Shown: piece by piece, positions 8,469 to 18,247 of the stretch
Layout of the letters: every line of letters begins with the position of its first letter
How positions within the stretch are numbered: position 1 is the stretch's first letter
NCBI GenBank assembly: GCA_965226495.1
Contig: OZ245365.1
Location: forward strand, 3,040,001-3,104,000
Source of the DNA: Candidatus Marinacidobacterales bacterium
Lineage (GTDB): Bacteria; Acidobacteriota; Vicinamibacteria; Marinacidobacterales; DATDRI01
Reading direction: 5' to 3'
DNA length: 64,000 nucleotides
Notes under the pieces: model-generated
Seen by the model: only the letters and a program-made list of their open reading frames with translations
What the model was told of the DNA's origin: nothing
Database searches by the model: none
Made by a program: the position numbers and the translations under genes

Positions 8469-11400
8469 TGCAAGTGATCAGAGCTGAGCTACCTAGAAGT
8501 CGACCTTAAAGCCGATCTGGACCTCACGACCGGGGAAGGCCTCGACGGTGCTGCCGAAGACATTACCCGTACAGCCGCCCGGATCGGGCAGGCCGTTGCC
8601 GGTCGAGTCTTGACAGGTCGAGTTCAGCACGAACGGGTTCGCACGGTTCGTCAGGTTGAAGAACTCGATGAGCGCCGTGAAGTTGTTCCCTTCTCCGAAC
8701 GGCAGGTTCCACGCCAGCCGGAAATCGATGTTGAAGAAGTCCGGTCCAAAGAACTCACCCTTCTCCGTTCCGAGGAGACGATTGTCGAAGATGTCGTCAC
8801 CGTCGGTGTCGAACGGAAGTCCGGCTGCGTTGAACGGGCGACCCGACTGCCAGTCCGCCCGACCCGAGATGTCAAAGCCGGCAGGTAGTCGATACAAACC
8901 GCTGAAGACCATCACATGCTTCGGTGTGTTCAAGCTGACGCCAATGTCACGCTCTGGAAAGTTGTTCCACAGGAAGCTGATCTCGGCGCCGCGCGGCGGC
9001 ACTCTCAGCGTCGAGAAGTTGTCGGTAGCGTCGGTGAACGTATAGCTCAGCAAGAAGTTGTAGTTATTGCGGAATCGCTTCTGCAAGGCAAGGGTCAACG
9101 CGTTGGTATCCAGGAACCCGAGGTTCTCGATCTCACTGAGGCAAGGCCCTGGTCCATCGACGGTGTTCCCGGTGCAGCTACCAGCGATGGGCTCAAGCAG
9201 CAAGTTCACCACGCGACGCGACAGAAGATCCTTCGAGCGTCGGATGTGAAACTCGGCGTCGAGCGTGAAGTCGTCGGTGAGGGCCTGCTCGACACCGAAG
9301 TTCAAGGCGTCGGTGTAGGGCAGCGAATGGTCGTCCGACAGTGTCGTGATGCGAGTCACCTCGACGTCGAGCTGCCGGAATTCGAAAACCAACGGACGGT
9401 TATTGACGATGCTCGCGTCCCCTCTCTGCTCGAGATACCTGAACTGCTCACCTGCCCCGAACGGGTGGGGAAAGGCCTCATTGAGGATTTCCACTGCGGC
9501 TTCCGGAGAGAGCCTTCCTCCGGTGAGCTCCGGAATGCTGTCGAAGGTCAGCACCGGCGGTACACTGGGGTCGTCGACCTTGATGCCGAGAAGGTCGTAG
9601 ATGACGTAGGGATTACCCTGTCCGGTGATCACCGAGTCTTGCATGGTCACCCCATCGCGCCTGATGGTGAACGTACCCGGTGAGGTCAGCGTAAAGCCCT
9701 CCGGCATGATTTGCTCGAAGAGCGACGGGTTCGTGAGCACCCGGCTGCTCGACGCCTGCAGCGGCCCGAACGCTCCGAGTGCCGGATTGTTGTAGAAGGA
9801 AGCTCCTCGAGGAATCGTCTGCAAATCCTGGGTGGCGAGCTGGATGCCGCCCAACTCCGGTGTGAACGCGATGACTTCGGCAACGCTCACATCGTAGAAC
9901 CGACCCCAACCGGCGCGGAGGATCGTCCGTCCTTCCTGCTTCAAGTCATAGGCAATTCCGGTCCGCCATGCCACGCCACCGCTACTGAACAAGCTCGCGT
10001 AGTCCCAGCGCACGCCGAGATTCAGAGTGATCCCGGGTTTCGGCTCCCAAGAGTCCTGACCGTAAGCGGCCCAGTTGTTCGTGCTACCGATCGCCCGGTT
10101 GTTGTCCGGCCCGGAGCCCTCCACGATGACGCGGTTGCCGAGTTGTGCGCTGATGTCGTAGCCAAGACTCTCGAAGTTACTGTCCAGCGCTGAATTGCCA
10201 ATGATGATGCCCTGCGGTGGTGTGAAGAAATGATCGATCGCCACGTGATCCAGGTCTATGCCAAACTTGAAGGCATGGCTTCCCGTGCTCTCCGAGTCCA
10301 TGAAGTACGACAAATGCTCCTGCCATTGCCACCGCTCTTGAGAACGATCGACCTGTCCCACTCCGGATGAATTCGACACAAAGATTTGGAAATTGGGCAC
10401 GAAAATCAGCGGGAACAGCTGCTCCGCGGAAGCCGGTTTCTCCGCGTTCTCTTTGAAGGTGCTATCCCAATACCGGAGAGACGACTCGAGGAACGCGGTG
10501 TCGCTGAAGAACCCCGTGTGGCGACCGTTGAGGCTGTTGGTGTTCCGGTCGATGTCCGAAGCCGTCGAGGGCAGCGTAATCGTCCCCGGCGGCGGCGATC
10601 CGAATAACGCCGTCGCAGGCGGCTGGAAGTCATTCTGCGACCCGCGGTTCAGGTTCCACGTCACGAACACCTGATTCTTCGCGTTGAACCGGTGATCGAA
10701 TTTGAACAAGTTCGTGATCCTCGAGTCCTCGGGAACCGCGTCCAGCGGCTCACCACCCGTGGCTGGCGAAAAATAGCCGGCCCGCAAAATGGGTGTCAGG
10801 ATCGACTGGTCCAAGTTGGACCCACGGCTTTCCTTCACGTACTGGAACGCATCGAAGAAAAACGTGCTGTCCGTCTTAATCGGACCACCGATCGTCCCGC
10901 CAACCTCGTATCGCTCGAGCGCTGGGACGTCCTGACCGTCGACGTTCGACGAGTTCAGCGAATCGTCCCGGATGAAAAAGAACCCCCGCGCGTCGACCTG
11001 GTTCGTTCCAGAGCGCGTCACGATGTTCGTCACCGCACCCGACGCCCGGCCGTACTCTGCCGGATACCCTGCCAGGTAGACCTTGAACTCCTGAATCGCG
11101 TCCTGCACGAAAAACTCCGCCGCACCACGCGTCCACAGGTCGTTGGCATCGTTTCCGTCGATCAGGAACGAGTTCGAGATCGCTCGCTCACCGAAGACGG
11201 TGAACGTCGTCCCCTGGTCTGAGGCCGAAGGCCGTTTCGCCACACCCGGAACCAACTCGACGAGATCGATGAACTCCCGACCCTTCAACGGAATGTTGTC
11301 GATCGTCCTGTTGTCGATAGGAACGCCGAGACCTGATTCCTTCACTCGAACAGGGGCGGAGTCGGCCATGACCGTAATCGTCTCTTCCACTCCCGCGAGT

Positions 11401-11680
11401 TGAAGCGAGACCGAGACACGGACCGTCGTCCCGACCGGCACAGTAATGCTGGTCACCGTTTCCGTCGCAAAACCCGACAACTCTACTTTGACCTGATACG
11501 TACCGGCCTGGAGAGCCGGTATGAAGTACCCGCCCGAACCATCCGTCGTTACCGTCACCGTGCCGCGAATCAGCGTCGGGCTGCTGGCGGTCACACTCGC
11601 GCCAGGCAAAACCGCGCCGCCCTGGTCGCTGACCGTCCCTTCGATGGTACCGGTAATGCCCTGCGCCGTAACCACGGATG
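8432..11680 (-). repeat. Copy 1 of a 3.25-kb direct duplication (receptor gene minus signal peptide, plus terminator)
   Basis: Collinear with 34081-37329 at a constant offset of 25649 bp. Confidence 0.95.
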
Positions 11681-11738
11681 TCGCCATCAGCAGAAACGCT
11701 GCGAAGAAAATAGGAACTCGAATGTAGAAAGATCTCAC
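8493..11738 (-). CDS. TonB-dependent receptor, Oar-like (carboxypeptidase-regulatory-like N-domain, plug, beta-barrel)
   Basis: 1081 aa; signal peptide; GTVSDQGGAVLPGA, IDNIPLKGR, AEYGRASG, TRSGTN, QDSW, NLGVRWD, FNLTNRAN; C-terminal Phe. Confidence 0.92.
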   Translation of the reverse strand: MRSFYIRVPIFFAAFLLMATSVVTAQGITGTIEGTVSDQGGAVLPGASVTASSPTLIRGTVTVTTDGSGGYFIPALQAGTYQVKVELSGFATETVTSITVPVGTTVRVSVSLQLAGVEETITVMADSAPVRVKESGLGVPIDNRTIDNIPLKGREFIDLVELVPGVAKRPSASDQGTTFTVFGERAISNSFLIDGNDANDLWTRGAAEFFVQDAIQEFKVYLAGYPAEYGRASGAVTNIVTRSGTNQVDARGFFFIRDDSLNSSNVDGQDVPALERYEVGGTIGGPIKTDSTFFFDAFQYVKESRGSNLDQSILTPILRAGYFSPATGGEPLDAVPEDSRITNLFKFDHRFNAKNQVFVTWNLNRGSQNDFQPPATALFGSPPPGTITLPSTASDIDRNTNSLNGRHTGFFSDTAFLESSLRYWDSTFKENAEKPASAEQLFPLIFVPNFQIFVSNSSGVGQVDRSQERWQWQEHLSYFMDSESTGSHAFKFGIDLDHVAIDHFFTPPQGIIIGNSALDSNFESLGYDISAQLGNRVIVEGSGPDNNRAIGSTNNWAAYGQDSWEPKPGITLNLGVRWDYASLFSSGGVAWRTGIAYDLKQEGRTILRAGWGRFYDVSVAEVIAFTPELGGIQLATQDLQTIPRGASFYNNPALGAFGPLQASSSRVLTNPSLFEQIMPEGFTLTSPGTFTIRRDGVTMQDSVITGQGNPYVIYDLLGIKVDDPSVPPVLTFDSIPELTGGRLSPEAAVEILNEAFPHPFGAGEQFRYLEQRGDASIVNNRPLVFEFRQLDVEVTRITTLSDDHSLPYTDALNFGVEQALTDDFTLDAEFHIRRSKDLLSRRVVNLLLEPIAGSCTGNTVDGPGPCLSEIENLGFLDTNALTLALQKRFRNNYNFLLSYTFTDATDNFSTLRVPPRGAEISFLWNNFPERDIGVSLNTPKHVMVFSGLYRLPAGFDISGRADWQSGRPFNAAGLPFDTDGDDIFDNRLLGTEKGEFFGPDFFNIDFRLAWNLPFGEGNNFTALIEFFNLTNRANPFVLNSTCQDSTGNGLPDPGGCTGNVFGSTVEAFPGREVQIGFKVDF

Positions 11739-11971
11739 GCCGAACCTCCTTCGGGGTTCTCCCGAGTTTGAAGGGAAACGATGGACGTTTGCTGCGAAAT
11801 GGTCCGAGTGTGCACCTTCTTTGGCATGTCCGAAGAAGGCAACTCAGGGCAATGGGAAGACAACCCCAGCGAGAGTACCGTATTAAAGGATAGCAGCGCG
11901 CCCATATGACTCCGATCGAGGAGCCTCACGGCCTAACCTGTCACCCCGGCCGTGACAGCCAGAATGGACGG

Positions 11972-12001
11972 ACTTTACCCTGCCCCCGTCAACGCTGTCA
12001 A
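11972..12001 (-). promoter_or_regulatory. Candidate sigma70 promoter for the receptor-permease-hydantoinase operon
   Basis: Minus strand TTGACA-N18-TAAAGT in the divergent intergenic region. Confidence 0.35.
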
Positions 12002-12143
12002 GGGCAAAACAGGACAAAATACGGGTCACCCGGAGCTGGGCGACGGACGGCCAACGGCCAAAACGGGGCAGACCCGGGGATATACATTGAGAAGCGGCTT
12101 CTGTTACAGTACGCGTGACAACCGTCCCATGGGGGTGGACTCT

Positions 12144-13118
12144 ATGGTTCGTGCGAAGGAACCGGCTCGAATCGATCTCCAGATCCGGCAGGACTCCCTA
12201 CTTTCACCTGAGCAACAGCTGATTAGCCAGCTGAAGCTGGCGATCATGTTGGGCGAGTTGAAGCCCGGCCAAACCCTCCCTTCGGTTCGCGAGATTGAAG
12301 GCCAGACAGGCATCGGACGAAATGTCGTCTGGCGCGCCTACTCGAAGTTAGCCGAACTGGGTGCACTCACTATCCAGCAACGCAAGCGCGCCGTGGTGAG
12401 CTTAAGTGCGGACCCGGCCCGCGCGTCCGAGCTCGTGGCGGTCTACGACTGGCTGGGACGAGACTTTTTGGACCGAATTCGGGCCCTTCGAGTGAATCCG
12501 CAATCTTTCCTACGTTACATGGATCATCGACTCCAGGAATCCGATGCGATCCAACACGACACGGTTTTTGTCGAGTGTTGCAAGGTGTTCGCGCAGTCTT
12601 GGTCGGTGGAGATCTCACAGCGATGGGGTGTACTCGTTCCCGGTTACGACTTCAACAAGATGCGAAACATGTCGTTCGATGAGCGGGCTCGCTTCAAATC
12701 CGTCTTGGTTCCACTTGCACATCACGAAGAAGTGCTCGAATTGTTTCAGAATCCCCACACGCAAGTCATTCCCCTGACGTTCGTTTGGGACCAAAAGATC
12801 ATCCAGGGGCTCCAATCGCTCCCGGAGGGCTCCGCACTAGTCCTGTTCTTCGCGCCATCCGCCTACTCCGATCCCTGGGTGCGGGAGCTCCGAAGCCTTT
12901 GCCCCAATTTGACCATTGACGTTGTGCCCTATGAAAGCCCACAACAAGTCCAGAAGGTCATCGCGTCGAGCAAGTATCAGCGGATTCACGTGAGTGGAGC
13001 CGTCATCGATGATGTGTACAGCGAGGTGAGGGCTCGTCCCGATTTCATCCAACAACCTCTCCAACTGGACCTGCGATCCCTGGAGGAGGCACGCATCCAG
13101 GCGGGCGTGGTTTTGTAA
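12144..13118 (+). CDS. GntR family transcriptional regulator with long C-terminal effector domain
   Basis: wHTH GELKPGQTLPSVREIEGQTGIGRNVVWRAYSKL; start moved to ATG 12144 (12129 is an alternative); divergent from the receptor operon. Confidence 0.88.
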   Translation: MVRAKEPARIDLQIRQDSLLSPEQQLISQLKLAIMLGELKPGQTLPSVREIEGQTGIGRNVVWRAYSKLAELGALTIQQRKRAVVSLSADPARASELVAVYDWLGRDFLDRIRALRVNPQSFLRYMDHRLQESDAIQHDTVFVECCKVFAQSWSVEISQRWGVLVPGYDFNKMRNMSFDERARFKSVLVPLAHHEEVLELFQNPHTQVIPLTFVWDQKIIQGLQSLPEGSALVLFFAPSAYSDPWVRELRSLCPNLTIDVVPYESPQQVQKVIASSKYQRIHVSGAVIDDVYSEVRARPDFIQQPLQLDLRSLEEARIQAGVVL

Positions 13119-13179
13119 GAACACACTCTGCCTATCCCCTGAACTTACTGGCAGGGGCGCCGCCTGTTAATATGAACTC

Positions 13180-15453
13180 ATGAAGGGAGTGTGGCGGACC
13201 CTCCTTGTGCTGCTTGCGGTCGGGAGTGGGCAGTCCCAAAACGCCGATGGAGCACCCGCTCCGAGCTTCTTGCTCATCACCATCGATACGCTCCGCGCCG
13301 ATCATTTAGGCGCTTATGGTCGAGGCTCCGCCCAAACGCCCAACCTCGACCGCCTCGCCGCCTCAGGACTACTGGTCGAGAACGCGTTCACCCATAGTCC
13401 GGTGACGCTTTCCTCGCACGCGGCATTGTTGACGGGACGACTCCCCTTCCAGACCGGAGTGCGAAGCAACTCTCTTTATCGTCTCTCCGACGACGAGACG
13501 ACGTTGGCAGAGACGCTCAAGGCACAAGGGTACCGTACCGCAGCGTTCGTTTCGGCGGCGGCGCTGGACCATCGTTTCGGCCTCGACCAGGGCTTCGAAG
13601 TCTACAACGACCAGATGCACCCCACGGAAGGTGGCCAATTGATCGCCGAGCGCGGTGCCTCGGAAGTCGTGAGCACATCACTAGCCTGGCTCGACGACGT
13701 CGGTGAATCACCCTTTTTCCTTTGGGTACACTTCTTCGACCCGCACCACCCGTACAGCCCGCCCGAGCCCTTTCGGTCCCGGTTCGCCGACTCGCCCTAC
13801 GAGGGTGAAATCGCCTACACCGATCACGAGATCGGACGGCTGCTCGACGCCATCGACCGCGCAAACACGCTCATAGTTGTCACCGCCGACCATGGCGAAA
13901 GCTTGGGCGAGCATGGGGAACAGACCCACGGTATCTTCGTCTACGACTCGACCCTTCGCGTACCCCTCATCCTCGCCGGCCCTGGAATTTCCCCTGCTCG
14001 AATGCAACAAGGACCGGTTGGCCTGGTGGATGTGCATCCGACGGTGCTCGGGAAGCTTGGCATTGAACGACCACCCGAACTGGCAGGCACAGATGTTCTA
14101 AGCGACGGTCCGTCCGATCTCCATTACGCCGAAACCTATTTGACCCGAGATTTCTACAACTGGAGTCCCCTTAGAGCATTGCGCTCGACGCGTGCCAAGT
14201 TCATCGAAGCGCCACGACCCGAGCTCTACGACCTCGGTTCGGATCCTGGCGAGACCAGGAACCTGATCGAGGAGCGGAGGAGGACGGCACGGCAACTCTC
14301 CGAAACACTCGGCGAGTATGTCGCCGCGGAAAATAAAGGGGACAGTTCGTTCGAGCCCGATGCGGCTCTACTTTCACAGCTTCAGAGCCTCGGGTATGTC
14401 GGCGGTGGTGTTCCGGCGAGCGCGCGCCCGGCGGCCAATCGACCGCTGCCCGACCCTAAGGACAAGATCGGAATCGTCACCGACTTGGACGATGCCATTA
14501 GTTTGTTCGGCGTCAAGCGATTCGAAGAAGCAGCTGCCAAGCTCCGCGAGATCCTGACCGTGGATCCGACGAATTTTCTCGCCTCTCACTACCTGGGCGA
14601 GACACTCTTCGAGCTCTCGTCGCCGCGCCAGGCGATCGAGGCCTACCAGCGAGCCATCGAGCAGGGGAACGAAACGCCGTACCACCGTTTCCGTCTCGGG
14701 TTGCTGCACGAACAGTTGAACGAGTATCCAGCAGCAGCCGACGACTTTGGTCGGGCGACGGATCTCGACCCCGACGCCGCGCTCGAGGTGCTGAAGCGTG
14801 CACGCGACCTGCTGAATCGAGGAGAGCCAGACGGAGCCCTTCAGTATTTGGCTATGCTCGAAGAGCGTGGAAGCAGTGGCGCCTCGCTTGCTTTGGTGCT
14901 CGCCAACGCCTGGGAGCAGAAAGGCGAGGCCGGGAAGGCGTTGGCCGCCATCGATCGTGCACTGGCGACCGATGTGTCAAACCCAACCCTTCTCGCAACC
15001 CGGGGTCGTTTGTTGCTCGAGCTTGGCCGCACCGAAGAGGCGATCGGCCCGCTCCAGCAAGCGTTGCCCGGACTAGAAGACCCGACCGAGCAAGCGGCCG
15101 TTCTCAAGACACTGGCAACTGTCTACGGAAACAAGGGAGAGCTCGAACAAGCGATCGCCTATTTCCAACAAGCGGCGAGTCTCACCCCGAACGACTCAGA
15201 AATCATGGCGAATCTGGCTCTGACTCTCGTCCGAGCCGGGCAGACGAGCGCGGCGCTCGAGCCTCTGACACGAGCCATTGAGCTCCGACCCAAGGAGGTT
15301 CGCTTGCTCAACCTGAAGGCGGAGCTTCTCTACCGGCAGGGGGAGTTAGAGGCCAGCCGCGATCTGCTGCGGCGCTCGCTCGCTCTCCGTTCCGATCAAC
15401 CTCGCATCCAAGCCGCGTTGGCCGAGGTCGAGGCCAAACTGGAGTCGCCGTAA
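13180..15453 (+). CDS. Sulfatase-like hydrolase/transferase (alkaline phosphatase superfamily) with C-terminal TPR repeats
   Basis: Signal peptide; ITIDTLRADH, PVTLSSH, HFFDPHHPY, TADHGE, ELYDL..DPGE; TPR helices in the C-terminal half. Confidence 0.9.
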   Translation: MKGVWRTLLVLLAVGSGQSQNADGAPAPSFLLITIDTLRADHLGAYGRGSAQTPNLDRLAASGLLVENAFTHSPVTLSSHAALLTGRLPFQTGVRSNSLYRLSDDETTLAETLKAQGYRTAAFVSAAALDHRFGLDQGFEVYNDQMHPTEGGQLIAERGASEVVSTSLAWLDDVGESPFFLWVHFFDPHHPYSPPEPFRSRFADSPYEGEIAYTDHEIGRLLDAIDRANTLIVVTADHGESLGEHGEQTHGIFVYDSTLRVPLILAGPGISPARMQQGPVGLVDVHPTVLGKLGIERPPELAGTDVLSDGPSDLHYAETYLTRDFYNWSPLRALRSTRAKFIEAPRPELYDLGSDPGETRNLIEERRRTARQLSETLGEYVAAENKGDSSFEPDAALLSQLQSLGYVGGGVPASARPAANRPLPDPKDKIGIVTDLDDAISLFGVKRFEEAAAKLREILTVDPTNFLASHYLGETLFELSSPRQAIEAYQRAIEQGNETPYHRFRLGLLHEQLNEYPAAADDFGRATDLDPDAALEVLKRARDLLNRGEPDGALQYLAMLEERGSSGASLALVLANAWEQKGEAGKALAAIDRALATDVSNPTLLATRGRLLLELGRTEEAIGPLQQALPGLEDPTEQAAVLKTLATVYGNKGELEQAIAYFQQAASLTPNDSEIMANLALTLVRAGQTSAALEPLTRAIELRPKEVRLLNLKAELLYRQGELEASRDLLRRSLALRSDQPRIQAALAEVEAKLESP

Positions 15454-15465
15454 ATCAAGGAGGGA

Positions 15466-16351
15466 GTGGCCATCATGCCTAACAATGCACCGAAACGAAT
15501 CAGTCTGTCGCTTTTTGGGTTGTTGATGATCGCACTGGCGTTGGCGCCCGAGACCGAGGCCGACGGAAGGCTGACCTATCAAACCGTGCACAGCGCCAGG
15601 CTGGAAGGCAATCTCTTGGGAGATTCTCCAAATCGACAGGTGATGGTGTACTTGCCTCCGAGCTATACGACCACGCCGACCAAGCGCTACCCCACCATCT
15701 ACCTCCTCCATGGTTACAACGGTACCAGCACCATCTGGCGAGATGGTGCCTACAAAGGGTTCAACATCCTCACCGCAATGAATCGGCTGATCGAGGAGGG
15801 AAAGATTCGGGAGATGATCGTGGTCATGCCGGATGGCCGCAATGCTTATGGGGGCACCTATTTCGTCAACTCGTCGGTTACCGGAAGCTGGGAGGATTTC
15901 GTCACCCAAGACCTGGTCGGCTACATCGATGCGACGTATCGCACCATCCCCGAGTCCGGTAGCCGTGGCGTCGCTGGCCAATCCGGACAAGCCTCCCCTT
16001 TATGTCGACTATCCATTCGAGCTGGTTAATGGAAGGGTTCGACCGAACGAGAACGCCTACAACAAGTGGAAGGAGAATTTCCCCGTCTACATGGTGGACA
16101 CATACCGATCGAATCTCCTCAAGCTGAAGGGCATTCATTTCACCACCGGCATTTCCGACCACTTGGCACATATCCCCTTGGGGAGCCGCGCGTTTTCGCA
16201 CGCCCTCAGCAAGGCAGGAATCCCGCACGAATTCGACATGGACAGCACCAACCATCGGGAGCTGGTGCGAGAGTGGATCGAGACCAGAGCGCTGCCCTTC
16301 TTTTCGCTGCTGCTCACCCACCAGAGTCTGGGGTGGAACGACTCGAAATAG
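15466..16351 (+). pseudogene. Secreted putative esterase (enterochelin-esterase-like alpha/beta hydrolase) with internal deletion and frameshift
   Basis: Frame 1 gives VYLPPSY...YLLHG...SRGVAG and breaks at about 15980, where GHSMGG is expected; a second frame resumes NPDKPPLYVDYPF...HEF..HRE. Confidence 0.8.
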
Positions 16352-16426
16352 CTGACGATAGGACAAGTTGTAACCTCACGTCGAGCGCGGATAGAATCGG
16401 CCGCGACGTCGGAGGTCGATCCCAGT

Positions 16427-16882
16427 ATGGCAATCAAGATTGGTTCGAAGTCCATTGCATTCTTGTTCGTTGTCCTATTTCATGCTGGATGCGCCGGCAA
16501 GACTGAAAATCAACGTCTTTCGCCAAGCGAACACGAAGAATTTGTTCAATATATGGTCGAGGGCGAGAAACTCTACAATCTAAACTGCGGCAACTGTCAT
16601 CAGCATGATGGACAAGGACTTGGAAGAGTGTTTCCTCCATTGAATATTTCAGACTATATGGAAGCTAATCTTGATCAGGTGATCTGTCTGATCAAGAACG
16701 GGCAGCGAGGAGAGATGGTTGTAAATGGCGTTACGTTCAATGAACCCATGCCCGGAACACCTCACCTGACGAATTTGGAGCTCGCAGAAATCACCACCTA
16801 TATCTACAACTCATGGAATCACAAGAAAGGAATGATTACTGTGAATCAAGTCGAGACGACGTTGAACAATTCCTGTGAATGA
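16427..16882 (+). CDS. Monoheme cytochrome c, probable lipoprotein
   Basis: CGNCH heme motif, FPPL, distal MP; lipobox-like HAGC; visibly AT-richer than flanking DNA. Confidence 0.9.
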   Translation: MAIKIGSKSIAFLFVVLFHAGCAGKTENQRLSPSEHEEFVQYMVEGEKLYNLNCGNCHQHDGQGLGRVFPPLNISDYMEANLDQVICLIKNGQRGEMVVNGVTFNEPMPGTPHLTNLELAEITTYIYNSWNHKKGMITVNQVETTLNNSCE

Positions 16883-16905
16883 AATTCTGAGAAAAACTCC
16901 TGAAC

Positions 16906-16934
16906 TTGACACAATCAAACCCAAAGCCTAAGGT
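16906..16934 (+). promoter_or_regulatory. Candidate sigma70 promoter
   Basis: TTGACA-N17-TAAGGT, followed by RBS AAGGAGG before GTG 16959. Confidence 0.5.
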
Positions 16935-16958
16935 GAAAATCTTCAAAGGAGGGCGGAC

Positions 16959-18203
16959 GTGCTCGGTTCCAGGCGACAGTTTCTAAAGACGGGATTCTTG
17001 GGCCTCGCGGGTCTCGGAGCGGCTACCCGTTCCTTCGGCCAGAGCGGCGCTGCACCTCATGTCCTCGTTGTCGGTGCCGGCGCTTTCGGGGGATGGACGG
17101 CACTCTATCTGCTTCGCCAAGGCGCGCGGGTCACCCTCGTCGACCCTTGGGGACCAGGCAACTCCAGATCGAGCTCGGGCGGCGAGACGCGTAACATAAC
17201 GGGTGACTACGGGTCGCCTGAGGTCTTTCGGAATTGGGCCTTGAGGGCCATGCCTCTCTGGCTGGAGCATCAAAAGCTTTGGGACCTTCCGCTCTATCGA
17301 CCGACGGGCGCCCTCTGGATGGTTCGCGGCAGCCTTGGAGCCGGGGACTCGGCGACGGACCGCACGGCGGACTACACAAAATGGGTCGACGAAGACGTCG
17401 GGGGTGGTGAGAAATTGACCCCAGACGAAGCGCAGGCGCGTTTTCCCCAAATTCATTTCGACGGGATCCGTACGACTTTCTATGAGAAAGAAGCGGGGTT
17501 CTTGCTCGCCCGTCGCGCGTGTCAAGCCGTACTCGATGGATTCTTGGCGGAAGGAGGAACTTATCGACAGGCCGCCGTGGTCTCTACCCAGATCAAAGAC
17601 GGGGAAATGCGGGGAGTCACGCTCAACGATGGCTCACAGATCGAAGCCGGGCGCTACGTCTTTGCCTGCGGCCCATGGCTGGGAAAGCTCTTCCCGGACG
17701 TGGTCGGGCCACACCTGACGGTCACGCGACAAGAGGTCTATTACCTCGAGGCCCCTGAGGGGGACGAACGCTTCCGAGAAGGTCACTTGCCGCACTGGGT
17801 CGACTGGGGGGAGGCTATTTGGTGGGGCTTGCCTGCCCACCAGCAGTGGGGATTCACGGTCGCGGACCATAGGCTGGGACCCCGTTTCGATCCGACTTCC
17901 GGTGACCGGCAGCTCACCATGCCTGCCATGGAAGCCGCCCGTAAGCACGTGGGGTTCCGTTTCCCGGGAATGAAGGGGGCCCCCTACATCGGTGGGCGCG
18001 TTTGCCAGTATACGAGTACACCGGACGGCGACTACATTATCGATCGCCATCCGGAAGCGGAGAACGCTTGGATCACCGGCGGGGGTTCTGGTACCGGCTT
18101 TCACGCCGGACCGTCTCGCGGTCAAGACGTGGCCAAGTGGGTCCTTGGGCAAGGCTCGCCGGATTCTCGGTTTTCTCTGTCTCGATTTTCGGAACAATCG
18201 TGA
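16959..18203 (+). CDS. Tat-exported FAD-dependent oxidoreductase (monomeric sarcosine oxidase/DAO family)
   Basis: SRRQFLK twin-arginine signal; VVGAGAFG; CQYTSTPDGDYIIDRHP (covalent-FAD Cys motif of the MSOX family). Confidence 0.88.
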   Translation: MLGSRRQFLKTGFLGLAGLGAATRSFGQSGAAPHVLVVGAGAFGGWTALYLLRQGARVTLVDPWGPGNSRSSSGGETRNITGDYGSPEVFRNWALRAMPLWLEHQKLWDLPLYRPTGALWMVRGSLGAGDSATDRTADYTKWVDEDVGGGEKLTPDEAQARFPQIHFDGIRTTFYEKEAGFLLARRACQAVLDGFLAEGGTYRQAAVVSTQIKDGEMRGVTLNDGSQIEAGRYVFACGPWLGKLFPDVVGPHLTVTRQEVYYLEAPEGDERFREGHLPHWVDWGEAIWWGLPAHQQWGFTVADHRLGPRFDPTSGDRQLTMPAMEAARKHVGFRFPGMKGAPYIGGRVCQYTSTPDGDYIIDRHPEAENAWITGGGSGTGFHAGPSRGQDVAKWVLGQGSPDSRFSLSRFSEQS

Positions 18204-18247
18204 CCCGCTAGCGGCGCACCATCCCCTGTTGCCGCCGCGGCCACTGA

